From Patescibacteria group bacterium (GTDB lineage Bacteria; Patescibacteriota; Minisyncoccia; Ryanbacterales; GWA2-47-10b): 64,000 nt of DNA. A program made the position numbers and the translations under genes. Below, piece by piece: positions 45,509 through 56,020 of this stretch; the first letter of the stretch is position 1, and every line of letters starts with the position of its first letter. Where the stretch lies: positions 6,562 to 70,561 of the forward strand of contig JBBTQY010000008.1 in assembly GCA_038065475.1 (NCBI GenBank), given 5' to 3'. The notes under the pieces are model-generated. The model saw only the letters and a program-made list of their open reading frames with translations. It ran no database searches and was not told where the DNA came from.

Positions 45509-46663
45509 TTAGAGCGCGGCCACAAAGGGTTCGGCGGGAGGGTTAACCGGGCTTTTGGGCGATGATGCGCGTGGCAAACGGATGAGAAACGTCGTACCCT
45601 TGCCCTCTTCTGAATGAAATGAAATATCGCCACCGTGCGCGACAACAATATTTTTGGTAATAAAAAGGCCAAGCCCCGTGCCCTCAGTCTCCATGTGCAT
45701 AACGTTGGACCCGCGATAAAAACGGGTAAACATACGTGGCTGATCTTCTGCAGCAATACCAATACCAGTATCACTAATCTTAATAATCGCAAACGTATTG
45801 TCCGCCTCAAGCCGCACTGATACGGTGCCGCCCGATGCCGTATACCGAATAGCATTTTCAATAATATTGCCAATGGCGATTGAGAGCCGGTCGGGATCGG
45901 CGTTGAGCATGATCTGGGCGTCAGTCACCCTGCCAAGTGTGAGGGTGATATTTTTTGCTTTTGCCAAAATCATTTTTTCATCAATAATCTTTTTGGTAAA
46001 AGCGACGATATCCATGGGTTCAAATTTGAAACCAAACCTCCCCTCCTCGATACGCGCGGCATCGAGCAAGTTGTGTACGAGTCGTATCATCGACTCGTTG
46101 GCAATGGTTCCTTTTTCAACTGCTTCACGCTGATTTTTTGTAATTTTCCCAAAATCACCGTCGATGATGCCTTGGTAAACCCATTTTTGGATAGAAAGCG
46201 GAGTACGCAATTGATGCGCTGCAATTGAGATAAATTCTGATTTGAGCTGCGAGACTTCTTCTTGGCGATCTTTAGATTCTTGAATACGCTCTGCCATTTC
46301 ATTGAAAAAACTGCCGAGCACGCCGATCTCATCTCTGCGCGAGACACTGATATGTACTTTAAAATTGCCCGCGCCAATCCGCTTGACCGCCTCAGTCAAC
46401 ACTGAAAGTGGGCGGGCAATGTGCCGCGTGATCATGATGGCGGCAAACGTAGCGATAATAAGAACAAAAAAGAAAATAAGAAGAAACTGGATACTTATCG
46501 TCTCAATCAGTGCTGATGCATCGCGAGGCTCAAGCACTGCACGGATGCGCGACTGGTAGGTGGCCGCAAAAAAAATCGAGGCGATCGCCATAGGAAAAAT
46601 ACCGAGCGCGAGCAAGATCAAGAAAAATCGAAAGAACAGCGAATGACGAATCTTGGGATTCAT
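45509..46663 (-). CDS. sensor histidine kinase
   Basis: Two TM, HAMP, HisKA H-box AAHQLRTPLS, HATPase_c N, G1 (DTGIGI) and G2 (GTGLGL) boxes. Confidence 0.85.
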   Translation of the reverse strand: MNPKIRHSLFFRFFLILLALGIFPMAIASIFFAATYQSRIRAVLEPRDASALIETISIQFLLIFFFVLIIATFAAIMITRHIARPLSVLTEAVKRIGAGNFKVHISVSRRDEIGVLGSFFNEMAERIQESKDRQEEVSQLKSEFISIAAHQLRTPLSIQKWVYQGIIDGDFGKITKNQREAVEKGTIANESMIRLVHNLLDAARIEEGRFGFKFEPMDIVAFTKKIIDEKMILAKAKNITLTLGRVTDAQIMLNADPDRLSIAIGNIIENAIRYTASGGTVSVRLEADNTFAIIKISDTGIGIAAEDQPRMFTRFYRGSNVMHMETEGTGLGLFITKNIVVAHGGDISFHSEEGKGTTFLIRLPRASSPKSPVNPPAEPFVAAL

Positions 46664-46739
46664 ACGAATACCATTAGTATATCATCGGTTGATTATTTAT
46701 CTCTAATTCGATACGCTGACGCAAGAAAGGAGAACCCTG

Positions 46740-47036
46740 ATGTCGATGCACTGGACTCTACTGCCAGTCACAGAACGGCAACAACGCAGCCACTCGGGGC
46801 AGCGCCGCGCCAGCGCCCGCAAGCGACACCGTCAACGCAACGCCGCGCCAATCTCGCATGAAGCCTTCATGGAGGCGCAGCGACATGGCGCTGGGCACAA
46901 CATCTGCCAGGCCGCCAAGGTCGACCACGATCTCGCGCGCGAGAACGCGCGACGGGTCGCGAGAGATGCTGCGCACGAAGCGGCCCACCAGCATGACTCG
47001 ATCTTTCCGCGTCGTCTGCGAGGTTTCAGCCTCTAA
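46740..47036 (+). CDS. hypothetical Arg/His-rich protein (GC-rich islet)
   Basis: ATG 7 nt after AAAGGAG; overlaps the polA stop by 4 nt; the antisense ORF is also open. Confidence 0.35.
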   Translation: MSMHWTLLPVTERQQRSHSGQRRASARKRHRQRNAAPISHEAFMEAQRHGAGHNICQAAKVDHDLARENARRVARDAAHEAAHQHDSIFPRRLRGFSL

Positions 47037-49573
47037 CCTTCGAACCGCTCCATCTCCTGCCAGTTCTGGCCGCGCTTCACCTCAGCAATAATGGGCACCG
47101 AAAATTCGGGCACGCGCTCCATAATCGCCTTGATTGCACCGGCAGTCTCGGCGATTTTTTCTTTTTTGATCTCAAATACCAGTTCGTCATGTACCTGCAA
47201 TAGCATGCGCACATTTGTATTGTCGCGCCCAAGTTTTAGTTCGCGCACAATATCTATCATGGCCCGCTTGATAATGTCAGCGTTTGTTCCCTGTATCGGC
47301 GCGTTGACCGCCATGCGCTCAGATTCTTTGCGTATATATTCAAACGATGAACGAAGATTTGGTAAAAACCGCTTGCGCCCAAAAAAAGTTTTGACGTATC
47401 CTCGCTCTCTTCCCTCGCGTATCGTTCGCTCGCGATATTCCTCAATGCCGGGAAATTCCTGCAAATAATTATCGAGTGCGGCTTCTGCCTCGGCTACTGT
47501 CATGTGACCAGTTTCTGCGAGTGCACGCGCACCCATGCCGTATAAAATGCCGAAATTAACTGTTTTCGCGCGCCTGCGCATTTCGGATGTTACTTTTTCC
47601 ACACTCACATGAAAGATTTCTGACGCGGTACGTGTATGGATATCTTCACCAGTCTGAAATGCTCGCGTCAATTTCGCGTCCCCCGAGAGTTGCGCTGCAA
47701 TACGCAGCTCGAGCTGCGAATAATCAAACGCAAACAGCTCATACCCCTTGGGTATGGTAAACGCGCGCCTGATACTGCGCCCAAGCTCTGACTTGATAGG
47801 AATATTTTGCAGATTGGGATTCGATGATGAAAGGCGCCCGGTTGCTGCTCCCGTCTCATTAAAGCTCGTATGCACGCGGCCATCGGATCCCACAAGTTTT
47901 GGGAGTGCGGTGATATAGGTAGACAAAAGTTTTGAAATCTCGCGATACCTGATAAGCATATCAATGATGGGGTGAAGTTCTCGCAATTTCACCAACTCTG
48001 AGAATTGTGTCGAGACCGCTTTGGTCGAAGTCTTACGAATACCCTTTGTCGAGAGTCCAAGCTTTTCAAACAGTATCGCTGAGAGCTGCTTGGGCGAATT
48101 GATATCAAACTCCTCGCCCGCAGACTTCCAAATATCAGCTGCGAGTGATTTTTCTTCACGTTCTGCCTCACCTGAAAGCTTTGAGAGTACAGCGGTATCG
48201 AGCGTGATACCCGTCTCCTCCATCTCAAACAGGATAGGTACGAGTGGTAACTCAAAATTAAAATAAATACCCGCAAGATCTTCTCTCTCTATTTTTTTCT
48301 TGAGTGCATCTGCGAGTCTTTCAACCTCGCTTACTGACAACTCTTTTCCTTCAAGAAGGTCGCTCAAAGATAAGCCGCGCTCATCGGGGTTTAAAATCCA
48401 CGCGCCCAATTTCGTATCAAACGATACAGGAAACGCCACGCCCAAAAACGTCATGAGCGCGTGTGCATCGTGCACGATCACCTCCTCTGAGGCGTTTAAA
48501 ATGTTGAGCAGTGCTGCGCGCATTGTTTGCGGCACGATATATTCACGTGCGCCGGCACCGAGCATCAAACCTTCTTCGCCAAAAAAAAGCACGGCGCGCT
48601 CGCCAGCGGCAACACGCTCACTCAGTTCTTCTCGCTCAATTATTTTTTTCTCTTCTTCTTTTTTAGAAATATTGTTTGCATCACCAAGCCGCGAGATGAG
48701 GCTTGGAAAGTGAAACTTACGAAATACCTTTGACACCTCTTCGGTGGGAATGCCGACAAACACCATCTCGTCGAGATTTGCATCTACCGGCGCATCTCTG
48801 CGAATAGTAGCAAGCTCTTTTGAGAAAAGAGCGTCTTCTTCGTTTTCCAGCAAAAGTTTTTTAATGCGATCTTTAAGAAATGCGGGTGATTTTTTTTCTT
48901 TTTTAAGTTTCGTGTATATCTCTTCAAGACTCCCGTAGTGCTTGATCAAATCAGTAGCACTCTTCTCACCAATACCCTTAATGCCAATAATATTGTCGGA
49001 CGGATCACCCTTGAGCCCCTTATAATCAGCAATAAGTTTAGGACCAAAACCAAAACGCTCGAGTACTTTTTCTTCATCATACAAAATAGTATCCTCGATG
49101 CCTTTTCGCAGCGTGTAGACCATCACCCGCCTTTTGTCGATCAACTGCATCGTATCCATATCACCCGATGCGATAATGATGGTTAGATCTTTTTCTTTTT
49201 TAAATTTCTCGACGAGTGTGCCTAAAATATCATCTGCCTCGTAACCAGGTGCCTCGAGAATTGGAATGCCAAACGCACGAAATACTTCTTTGACTTTATC
49301 GAACTGGGGTATTAAATCGCTCTTGGTCTCGGTGCGCGTCGCTTTGTAGTTTTCATAGGCAACATGGCGAAAGGTCGGCTCTTCCCTATCGAATGCGGCA
49401 ACAATATGCGTCGGGCCGAGATCGCGAATGAGTTTTAGAAGAACTGCGGACACGCCGTAGACGGCACCAAGCGGCTCGCCCGATGGCGAGGCAAAAGACG
49501 GCAACGCATGAAATGACCGGTGAATGAGTGCATGCGCGTCGAGAATGACAAGTTTTTTTGTCTCACGCGCCAT
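47033..49573 (-). CDS. polA: DNA polymerase I
   Basis: N-terminal 5'-3' exonuclease (LVILDAHALIHRSFHA), polymerase motifs A (DYSQLELRI), B (RRAKTVNFGILYG) and C (QVHDELVFE). Confidence 0.95.
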   Translation of the reverse strand: MARETKKLVILDAHALIHRSFHALPSFASPSGEPLGAVYGVSAVLLKLIRDLGPTHIVAAFDREEPTFRHVAYENYKATRTETKSDLIPQFDKVKEVFRAFGIPILEAPGYEADDILGTLVEKFKKEKDLTIIIASGDMDTMQLIDKRRVMVYTLRKGIEDTILYDEEKVLERFGFGPKLIADYKGLKGDPSDNIIGIKGIGEKSATDLIKHYGSLEEIYTKLKKEKKSPAFLKDRIKKLLLENEEDALFSKELATIRRDAPVDANLDEMVFVGIPTEEVSKVFRKFHFPSLISRLGDANNISKKEEEKKIIEREELSERVAAGERAVLFFGEEGLMLGAGAREYIVPQTMRAALLNILNASEEVIVHDAHALMTFLGVAFPVSFDTKLGAWILNPDERGLSLSDLLEGKELSVSEVERLADALKKKIEREDLAGIYFNFELPLVPILFEMEETGITLDTAVLSKLSGEAEREEKSLAADIWKSAGEEFDINSPKQLSAILFEKLGLSTKGIRKTSTKAVSTQFSELVKLRELHPIIDMLIRYREISKLLSTYITALPKLVGSDGRVHTSFNETGAATGRLSSSNPNLQNIPIKSELGRSIRRAFTIPKGYELFAFDYSQLELRIAAQLSGDAKLTRAFQTGEDIHTRTASEIFHVSVEKVTSEMRRRAKTVNFGILYGMGARALAETGHMTVAEAEAALDNYLQEFPGIEEYRERTIREGRERGYVKTFFGRKRFLPNLRSSFEYIRKESERMAVNAPIQGTNADIIKRAMIDIVRELKLGRDNTNVRMLLQVHDELVFEIKKEKIAETAGAIKAIMERVPEFSVPIIAEVKRGQNWQEMERFEG

Positions 49574-50021
49574 GTCGAAATCGCATCATGCGCTCTTCGG
49601 GCGCCAAATGTTTAAACGAAACCCAAACGGTGTCTTTGGGAAATACTTTTTTGGCACGCTCTGCCCACTCAACCGCCACAATATTTTTGGGATCAGAGAT
49701 TATTTGCTTAAATCCAATTGTATCAAGTTCTTTTGCGGACTTGATGCGGTAAAGATCAAAATGCCAAAAATTTTTAAACGTAGAGCCGCGAAGTGCATAG
49801 CGCTTTGCGATCACAAACGTCGGTGACTGCAAGCGCCCACGCACACCAAGACCCTGCGCGACATTTTGGGTAAAAAAAGTTTTGCCCGCACCAAGCTCGC
49901 CTGAGAGTGCAAGACAAAGTGCGTGTTTTTTACCTCGGGCGACTGATCGTATCTCGTTGCCAAAGAGTTTACCGAGCGCGCGGGTCGCATCAGAACTTTT
50001 GAGTGTATAGGAAAGCTCCAT
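49563..50021 (-). CDS. tsaE: tRNA threonylcarbamoyladenosine biosynthesis protein TsaE
   Basis: P-loop ALSGELGAGKTFFTQ, about 150 aa. Confidence 0.85.
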   Translation of the reverse strand: MELSYTLKSSDATRALGKLFGNEIRSVARGKKHALCLALSGELGAGKTFFTQNVAQGLGVRGRLQSPTFVIAKRYALRGSTFKNFWHFDLYRIKSAKELDTIGFKQIISDPKNIVAVEWAERAKKVFPKDTVWVSFKHLAPEERMMRFRHGA

Positions 50022-50124
50022 CGTGCCTTCAGAGTAGCAATCTTTGTATAAAAAGCGAACGGCGGGCCTGCTGTGCAGGACCCGCCGGGTTAGGAGATAG
50101 CAGCACGCTATCTCATGTTATTAT

Positions 50125-50742
50125 TTATTCTGCCTCCAGGAGCACACCGCCTCTCGTTGGCGGAGGGGCGCTCCTGCCGCTGTTGCGGATCATGTCGTCG
50201 TACGCCTCACGATCTGTCGCAGCGAGGGCTGGTTGACCAGCGGAGTTGTTGTACTGTTCGACAGTCCGTTTGTACGTTCGCACGTACGTCGCCGCACCGC
50301 TCTCGTCAGCAATCTCCGACTTGGCGTCGTAGAGCGCGTCTCCACGCGCACGCGCATCGTGGCACGCTCTATCGGTGTCAGGACAGCTCGTGTCGACCAC
50401 TGTGGTCGTGCCGACGAGGAGGCCCCATGCGAAGCTAAACGGAACGCCGACGAGGTAATGGAGCACTCCCGGCTCCTTTACCACCACGATGTCTGGGTCA
50501 GCAGGCTTGGCGGGTACGACAGGTACGACCACAACGGCCGGGCGACCTTGAGAGCCGCCGTAGTAGCTTCCGCCGCTAGTGAGGTCGCTCATGGTGCCGC
50601 TCGAACCGCTGCTGTGGTACCGACCCCCTCTGGGCCAGCACATGTTGCCTTGGGTACAACCCGCCTCCGCCACGCCTGGTGCCACAAGCGCCGCGAGCAG
50701 AACAAGGATTGAAAGAACTCGATTGATCATCGTCGCCTCCAT
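50125..50742 (-). CDS. secreted Gly/Ser-rich hypothetical protein (GC-rich)
   Basis: Signal peptide MINRVLSILVLLAALVAPGVAEA; no domain recognised. Confidence 0.5.
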   Translation of the reverse strand: MEATMINRVLSILVLLAALVAPGVAEAGCTQGNMCWPRGGRYHSSGSSGTMSDLTSGGSYYGGSQGRPAVVVVPVVPAKPADPDIVVVKEPGVLHYLVGVPFSFAWGLLVGTTTVVDTSCPDTDRACHDARARGDALYDAKSEIADESGAATYVRTYKRTVEQYNNSAGQPALAATDREAYDDMIRNSGRSAPPPTRGGVLLEAE

Positions 50743-50862
50743 ATCTCTGCCAAAGCGTAATGCTTTAGCTAGCTGTTCAGGTTATGGAGCAATTATACTA
50801 CTAAAAAGCTTAAATGTCAATATCTCCAAAAACCCCTTATTTTATGCTAGGAATAGAACGAT

Positions 50863-51720
50863 ATGGGTGATTTAAAGTCAACAATTGCAAATGCATCGGC
50901 GATACTCATCGTATTGCCCGACTCGGTTCGTGATAAAGATTATCTCGCAGCGCTGCAAATCCAAAAGATAGCTCCGCAAAAAACAGAGATTATCGCGCCT
51001 GAGAAAAAAGAAGCAGAGTGGAAGGATGTCTTTGGTACTCCACATAGCAAACGGGAATTTGTCATTGAAGTCGATACGTCGGTAGTACCGGTCGATGAGC
51101 TTCGCTATGAAAAACACGATACAACGCTTTCTATCTATCTTTCGCACAAAGGTGCTTTCAATGAAAAAGCGCTCTCATGGGGCGAGCATCGCGCACCAGC
51201 CGATCTCTTTATCACTCTTGGTTTTGGCTCTGAAAACGAAGCGAAAGCAGCGATTGAAAACCTGCCACGCAAGGGGGCCGCGCGGCACGTCTGGGTGGAG
51301 GGAGACTCAAATAGCGAGCAAATGCATCCACCCGCAAAACTCTCACCGGTATCTGCGGGTCTCCTCGGTCGCCTTGTCGTTCGCTCACGCATTGATACTG
51401 ATACCAACACACTCTGGTCATTTATCACCCGCGATGACTTTGCAAAAACAAATACTCACCCCGGTGAGCTTCCAAGCCTCATGACCACCTACGCGTCACT
51501 TGCTGCCTTGCCAGCCCATGCGCTCGTTTTTTGGCAATATGATGATGCTGGCACTCAAGGTTTTTTCAGATCAGATGATTCCCTCTTGGTAAACACTCTT
51601 GCTACGCGTATTGGAAAAAATCCTGATAATCAAAATCAGGTAACCCTCGCCTCGTTTGCCAATTTTATTGAGGCAGAGATGGAGACTCGCAAATTGCTGC
51701 GTGAACTCAAAGTGCGCTAG
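50863..51720 (+). CDS. hypothetical protein
   Basis: 285 aa ORF with RBS-like context; no motif recognised. Confidence 0.5.
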   Translation: MGDLKSTIANASAILIVLPDSVRDKDYLAALQIQKIAPQKTEIIAPEKKEAEWKDVFGTPHSKREFVIEVDTSVVPVDELRYEKHDTTLSIYLSHKGAFNEKALSWGEHRAPADLFITLGFGSENEAKAAIENLPRKGAARHVWVEGDSNSEQMHPPAKLSPVSAGLLGRLVVRSRIDTDTNTLWSFITRDDFAKTNTHPGELPSLMTTYASLAALPAHALVFWQYDDAGTQGFFRSDDSLLVNTLATRIGKNPDNQNQVTLASFANFIEAEMETRKLLRELKVR

Positions 51721-51729
51721 AATAGAAGC

Positions 51730-53400
51730 GTGGCATTTGACGAAGACCAACAAAAAGAAAAGCTCGATCAACTCCAACAAAAAGAAGAGGAGGATTTAGC
51801 ACAACTACTCGCTAAGAAATATAAAATCCCCTATCTCAATTTGGGGCGCGCTTTTATTGATCTCGATGCACTCAAACTCATACCAAAAGACCGCGCAGAG
51901 GCAGCGGGTCTTGCGGTCGTCCAGTCAACAGGTAAAAAATTGCAGATTGCGGTAAAAAACCCGACTCTCGATAAAGTAAAAGAGATTGTGACAGAACTAC
52001 ATCGCGATGGTTATCAGCCGCAACTCTTTTTAGTATCAATGCGAAGTTTAAAACACGCCTGGGCACGGTACGAGGAGGCGGGCGAGGAAAGTGCTAGTAT
52101 CACCAATGTCATCGACATCTCCAAAGATAAAATTGTTGAATTCCGACGAGAGATAAAGACAACTAAAGATTTTGAACGGATGTTGGGTGAAAAAATTCTC
52201 CAAGGCAAAACACAGCGCGTCACCGATCTGCTCGACTATGTACTTGGTGGCGCATTTGAGCTTGTGGTCTCCGACATTCATGTTGAACCCGCGGAAGACA
52301 AAGTGCATATGCGTGTACGTCTCGACGGTATGTTGCAGGATATCGCAAATTTTTCGCACGATATGCATAAAATGCTTTTGGTGCGCATCAAGCTTGTCTG
52401 CGAGCTCAAACTCAACATCCATGACCGCTCACAAGATGGCCGCTTTACGATTCGTGTGGGTGATGCTGATGTCGAAGTTCGCGTCTCAACTCTTCCGGGC
52501 CCGTATGGCGAATCGATCGTCATGCGTATTTTGCATCCAAGCGCCATTGAGACTTCGTTTGAAGATCTTGGTATGCATCCTATCCTACAAGAGCTTATTG
52601 AGCGCGAGATTCAAAAACCAAATGGCATGATTATCACCACAGGTCCCACAGGATCGGGTAAAACAACTACGCTCTATGCATTTATCAAAAAACTCAATGA
52701 GCCTGGTGTTAAAATCATCACCATCGAAGATCCTATCGAATATCACATAGCCGGTATCACCCAGACTCAAACCAACAAAGAGGCAGGCTATACTTTTGAA
52801 ACTGGCCTGTCAGCAATTGTGCGCCAAGACCCCGATATTATTCTGGTAGGTGAAATGCGCAACCGCGAGACCGCAGAGATTGGCATGCAGGCAGCACTCA
52901 CGGGTCACTTGGTTTTCTCAACACTCCACACCAACAACGCGCCAGGTACTATCCCCCGCCTTATCGATCTTGGCGTACCGCCAAACATCATCGCACCCGC
53001 AATCAATCTCGCCATTGCTCAACGTCTCGTGCGTATTTTATGCCCGCACTGCAAAAAACAGGTACCGCCGACACCCGAACAAACAGCTACTATAAAAAAA
53101 TTTGTAGAGACTTTGCCCGAGAAATACACGCGGCCATCTCTCGATAACTTTTCACTTCATACCCCTGGCGGATGCGGTGAATGTAACTTTACCGGCTACA
53201 AGGGGCGCATCGCAGTCTTTGAAGCGTTTTTGATTGATGATGAGATGGAGCGCCTTATTTTAAAAAATCCATCAGAAGCAATAGTACGAGAAGCCGCGCT
53301 CAAGCAAGGTATGGTTACCCTCGAGCAAGATGGTATCTTAAAACTCCTCTCGGGTACCACTTCGTGGGACGAACTCAACCGCATCGTCGGTTTGATCTAA
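51730..53400 (+). CDS. pilB: type IV pilus / type II secretion assembly ATPase (PilB/GspE family)
   Basis: N-terminal T2SSE_N domain, Walker A TGPTGSGKTTTLYA, Asp box, Walker B IILVGEMRN, His box, C-terminal tetracysteine CPHC..CGEC. Confidence 0.9.
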   Translation: MAFDEDQQKEKLDQLQQKEEEDLAQLLAKKYKIPYLNLGRAFIDLDALKLIPKDRAEAAGLAVVQSTGKKLQIAVKNPTLDKVKEIVTELHRDGYQPQLFLVSMRSLKHAWARYEEAGEESASITNVIDISKDKIVEFRREIKTTKDFERMLGEKILQGKTQRVTDLLDYVLGGAFELVVSDIHVEPAEDKVHMRVRLDGMLQDIANFSHDMHKMLLVRIKLVCELKLNIHDRSQDGRFTIRVGDADVEVRVSTLPGPYGESIVMRILHPSAIETSFEDLGMHPILQELIEREIQKPNGMIITTGPTGSGKTTTLYAFIKKLNEPGVKIITIEDPIEYHIAGITQTQTNKEAGYTFETGLSAIVRQDPDIILVGEMRNRETAEIGMQAALTGHLVFSTLHTNNAPGTIPRLIDLGVPPNIIAPAINLAIAQRLVRILCPHCKKQVPPTPEQTATIKKFVETLPEKYTRPSLDNFSLHTPGGCGECNFTGYKGRIAVFEAFLIDDEMERLILKNPSEAIVREAALKQGMVTLEQDGILKLLSGTTSWDELNRIVGLI

Positions 53401-53429
53401 AAATAAAAAAAACTTTCTCGCAAAAATCT

Positions 53430-53620
53430 CCAGACAATGTGCCCAGGCATGGGTGCCATAGGCTGAAGGCCTCTTCGAGGAGCAGTCGCGCCGACCCCTC
53501 CTCGCAGAGCGCAATATGACTTAGAATAAAGTTATATTCTGCGCTGTGAGGAGGGGGACCTGACTGTCCGTGTACTAAAAGAAGGCCCAGATAAGGTAAA
53601 CCTCAATTGTCTGGAGGTTT
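53430..53620. other. candidate structured RNA region (unclassified)
   Basis: 11 bp long-range pairing CTCCAGACAAT..ATTGTCTGGAG about 170 nt apart encloses several hairpins, including a 21 bp imperfect inverted repeat centred on aagttatatt. Confidence 0.25.
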
Positions 53621-53679
53621 TCAAGAGAAAGCCTCACATAAAAGAACAATGACCACTATTATAGCTAAAATATAGCCAC

Positions 53680-54684
53680 ATGTCAATACCCGCCCAAAAA
53701 CTCGATGACCGCTCCCTTGATAGCACCCTGCGCCCCTCCCGATGGGATGAATACGTAGGTCAGCGCTCCATCAAGGAAAATTTGGCTATTTTAATTGAAG
53801 CTGCAAAAAAACGCGGCGAGCCGCTCGAACATTTACTCTTTTATGGTCCTGCGGGGCTTGGTAAAACCACTCTCGCCCACCTCATCAAAAACGAAATGGG
53901 GGCGCAGATGAAGATAACTTCGGGTCCTGCGATCGAACGTGTGGGAGATCTTGCCTCGATTCTTACCAATCTTTCTGCCGGCGATATCCTTTTCATCGAT
54001 GAAGTACACCGCCTCAATAAACTTGTCGAAGAAATCCTCTACCCAGCCATGGAAGCACGGTCGCTCGATATCATCATCGGTAAAGGGCCTGCCGCCCGCA
54101 CCATACAGCTCGAGCTCCCCTCCTTTACTCTTATTGCCGCGACTACCCGCATCGCATTACTCTCCTCGCCGCTGCGCTCACGCTTTTCGGGCGGTACATT
54201 CCGTCTCGAATTTTACTCTGAAGAAGATCTTAAAGAAATATTGCGCAGGTCGGCAAAACTTTTGGGAATTGCTGTCGAAGAAGACGCGCTCACTGAAATC
54301 GCCAAGCGGAGCCGCTTTACCCCGCGCGTCGCCAACCATCTTCTCAAACGCTGTCGTGATGTAGCCGAGGTCAGAGGTGACGGTATCATCACAGAAAAGA
54401 TCGCGCGTATGGCGCTCGAACTCTTGGAAATCGATGAGGTTGGGCTCTCATCGGAAGATAGGCGTATACTGGAAATATTGGTAGAGAAATTTGCCGGTGG
54501 GCCGGTCGGTGTAGCGACTCTTGCCGCCGCGTCATCAGAAGAGGTGAGCACTCTTGAGGAGATCCATGAGCCGTATCTCATGCGTCTCGGTTTTATTGAA
54601 CGCACGCCGCGCGGACGCATGGCTACACGCCGCGCATACGAGCACTTGGGTGCAACACCACCCGCTACTCTATTTAACGTATGA
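53680..54684 (+). CDS. ruvB: Holliday junction DNA helicase RuvB
   Basis: [15 protein letters not shown] Walker A, DEVHRL Walker B, sensor regions, C-terminal winged helix. Confidence 0.95.
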   Translation: MSIPAQKLDDRSLDSTLRPSRWDEYVGQRSIKENLAILIEAAKKRGEPLEHLLFYGPAGLGKTTLAHLIKNEMGAQMKITSGPAIERVGDLASILTNLSAGDILFIDEVHRLNKLVEEILYPAMEARSLDIIIGKGPAARTIQLELPSFTLIAATTRIALLSSPLRSRFSGGTFRLEFYSEEDLKEILRRSAKLLGIAVEEDALTEIAKRSRFTPRVANHLLKRCRDVAEVRGDGIITEKIARMALELLEIDEVGLSSEDRRILEILVEKFAGGPVGVATLAAASSEEVSTLEEIHEPYLMRLGFIERTPRGRMATRRAYEHLGATPPATLFNV

Positions 54685-54899
54685 TAACTATTTTTGCTAC
54701 AATCGCATTTACTCTTTTCGCGGGCCTCTATACTCTCGGCATTTGGATGGCTACCTGGCAAGAAGAAGAACTCTCTCTTTCGCATGAAAAGGCAGTGCAT
54801 ATGAACCTCATCATTATTGCAATCTCCTTTGTACTTTTTGCCATTGCCCTTTGGGCGTTTATTCACATCGAATGGGATGCTCTTTTTATCAACTTCTAA
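54681..54899 (+). CDS. small two-TM membrane protein
   Basis: ATGA overlap with the ruvB stop; two hydrophobic helices. Confidence 0.4.
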   Translation: MITIFATIAFTLFAGLYTLGIWMATWQEEELSLSHEKAVHMNLIIIAISFVLFAIALWAFIHIEWDALFINF

Positions 54900-55414
54900 T
54901 GGTCACCCTTCAGCCCAACGAAAAAATCCTTATGACCATTCACAAACATTGGTTTGTGTTTTTCGGCCGCATGCTTTCACTACTCTTTATGGGTAGTGTG
55001 CCATTTTTTGGTTTTCTTCTTGCGCCCGAGCTCGCGCTCGCCATCAATCCCGAATCCCTTTGGTTCCTCCTTCTTTTCTTTGCCATGATTTGGTGGCTTG
55101 TATTGCTCTTTATTTTTTTTGTTGAATGGCTTGATTATTGGCTCGATGCCTGGATTATTACTGATCAGCGTATTATTGATATTGAGCAAAAAAGTCTCTT
55201 TCGGCGCGAGGTATCTGAGTTTGTCATCGCACGCATCCAGGATATAAAAATCGAGACTCCAGGATTTATTGGCACCGTACTAAAGTTTGGTAACATCCGC
55301 ATACAAACAGCGGGTGAGGAAAGTTTTACTATTGAAGCAATACCGCGCCTCAATGAAACAAAAAATCTTATCATGTCATTTGCCCATCGTGGAGCTCTTA
55401 GCGATCCTGATTAA
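54899..55414 (+). CDS. bacterial PH-domain (DUF304/YdbS-like) membrane protein
   Basis: Start at the ATG overlapping the upstream TAA; two TM then a PH-like beta domain (WIITDQRIIDIEQKSLFRREV...IRIQTAGEE). Confidence 0.55.
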   Translation: MVTLQPNEKILMTIHKHWFVFFGRMLSLLFMGSVPFFGFLLAPELALAINPESLWFLLLFFAMIWWLVLLFIFFVEWLDYWLDAWIITDQRIIDIEQKSLFRREVSEFVIARIQDIKIETPGFIGTVLKFGNIRIQTAGEESFTIEAIPRLNETKNLIMSFAHRGALSDPD

Positions 55415-55471
55415 CTTCTTGACGCACCAAAAGAGCTGGTTACACTGAGCTCATAATCAAAATCAAATCCT

Positions 55472-56020
55472 ATGTCAGGCCACAATAAATGGGCGCAGAT
55501 CAAGCGCCAAAAAGCTGTAACAGACAGTAAAAGAAGTAAAATGTTCGGAAAAATTGCGCGCATTATCAGTATTGCTGCGCGTGACAAGGGTCCGGATCCA
55601 AGCCTCAATGTATCGCTCAAATCAGCGATACAAAAGGCGCGCGAGATTAATATGCCACAAGACAATATCGATCGCGCTATCAAAAAAGGTACGGGTGGCG
55701 GCGAGGGGGCAGCGCTCCAAGAATTTGTCTATGAAGCATACGGTCCGGGAGGTGTCGCTCTCCTTATGACTGGCGTCACTGACAACAACAACCGCACCTC
55801 AAATGAGATCAAACACCTTCTTTCCGCGCGCGACGCAAAGTGGGCAAATCCCGGCAGTGTGCTCTGGGCATTTGAAAAAAAAGAAGGAGAATGGACGCCG
55901 CAAGAATATAGTCTGATCGAACTCTCGCCTACCGATACCGAAGCGCTTTACCGGCTCATGGACGCACTCGATGAGCATGATGACATCCAAGAAATCTATG
56001 CGAACAATAAAGAGTCATGA
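55472..56020 (+). CDS. YebC/PmpR-family protein (short form)
   Basis: MSGHNKWAQIKRQKAVTDSKRSKMFGKIAR..AIKKGTGGGEG matches the YebC N-domain. Confidence 0.8.
   Translation: MSGHNKWAQIKRQKAVTDSKRSKMFGKIARIISIAARDKGPDPSLNVSLKSAIQKAREINMPQDNIDRAIKKGTGGGEGAALQEFVYEAYGPGGVALLMTGVTDNNNRTSNEIKHLLSARDAKWANPGSVLWAFEKKEGEWTPQEYSLIELSPTDTEALYRLMDALDEHDDIQEIYANNKES

Noticed and set aside
46758-46994. Minus-strand ORF antisense to 46740-47036
   Set aside because: Both are open because of high GC. The plus ORF has the consensus SD. Neither is strongly supported, so the plus ORF is kept at low confidence.
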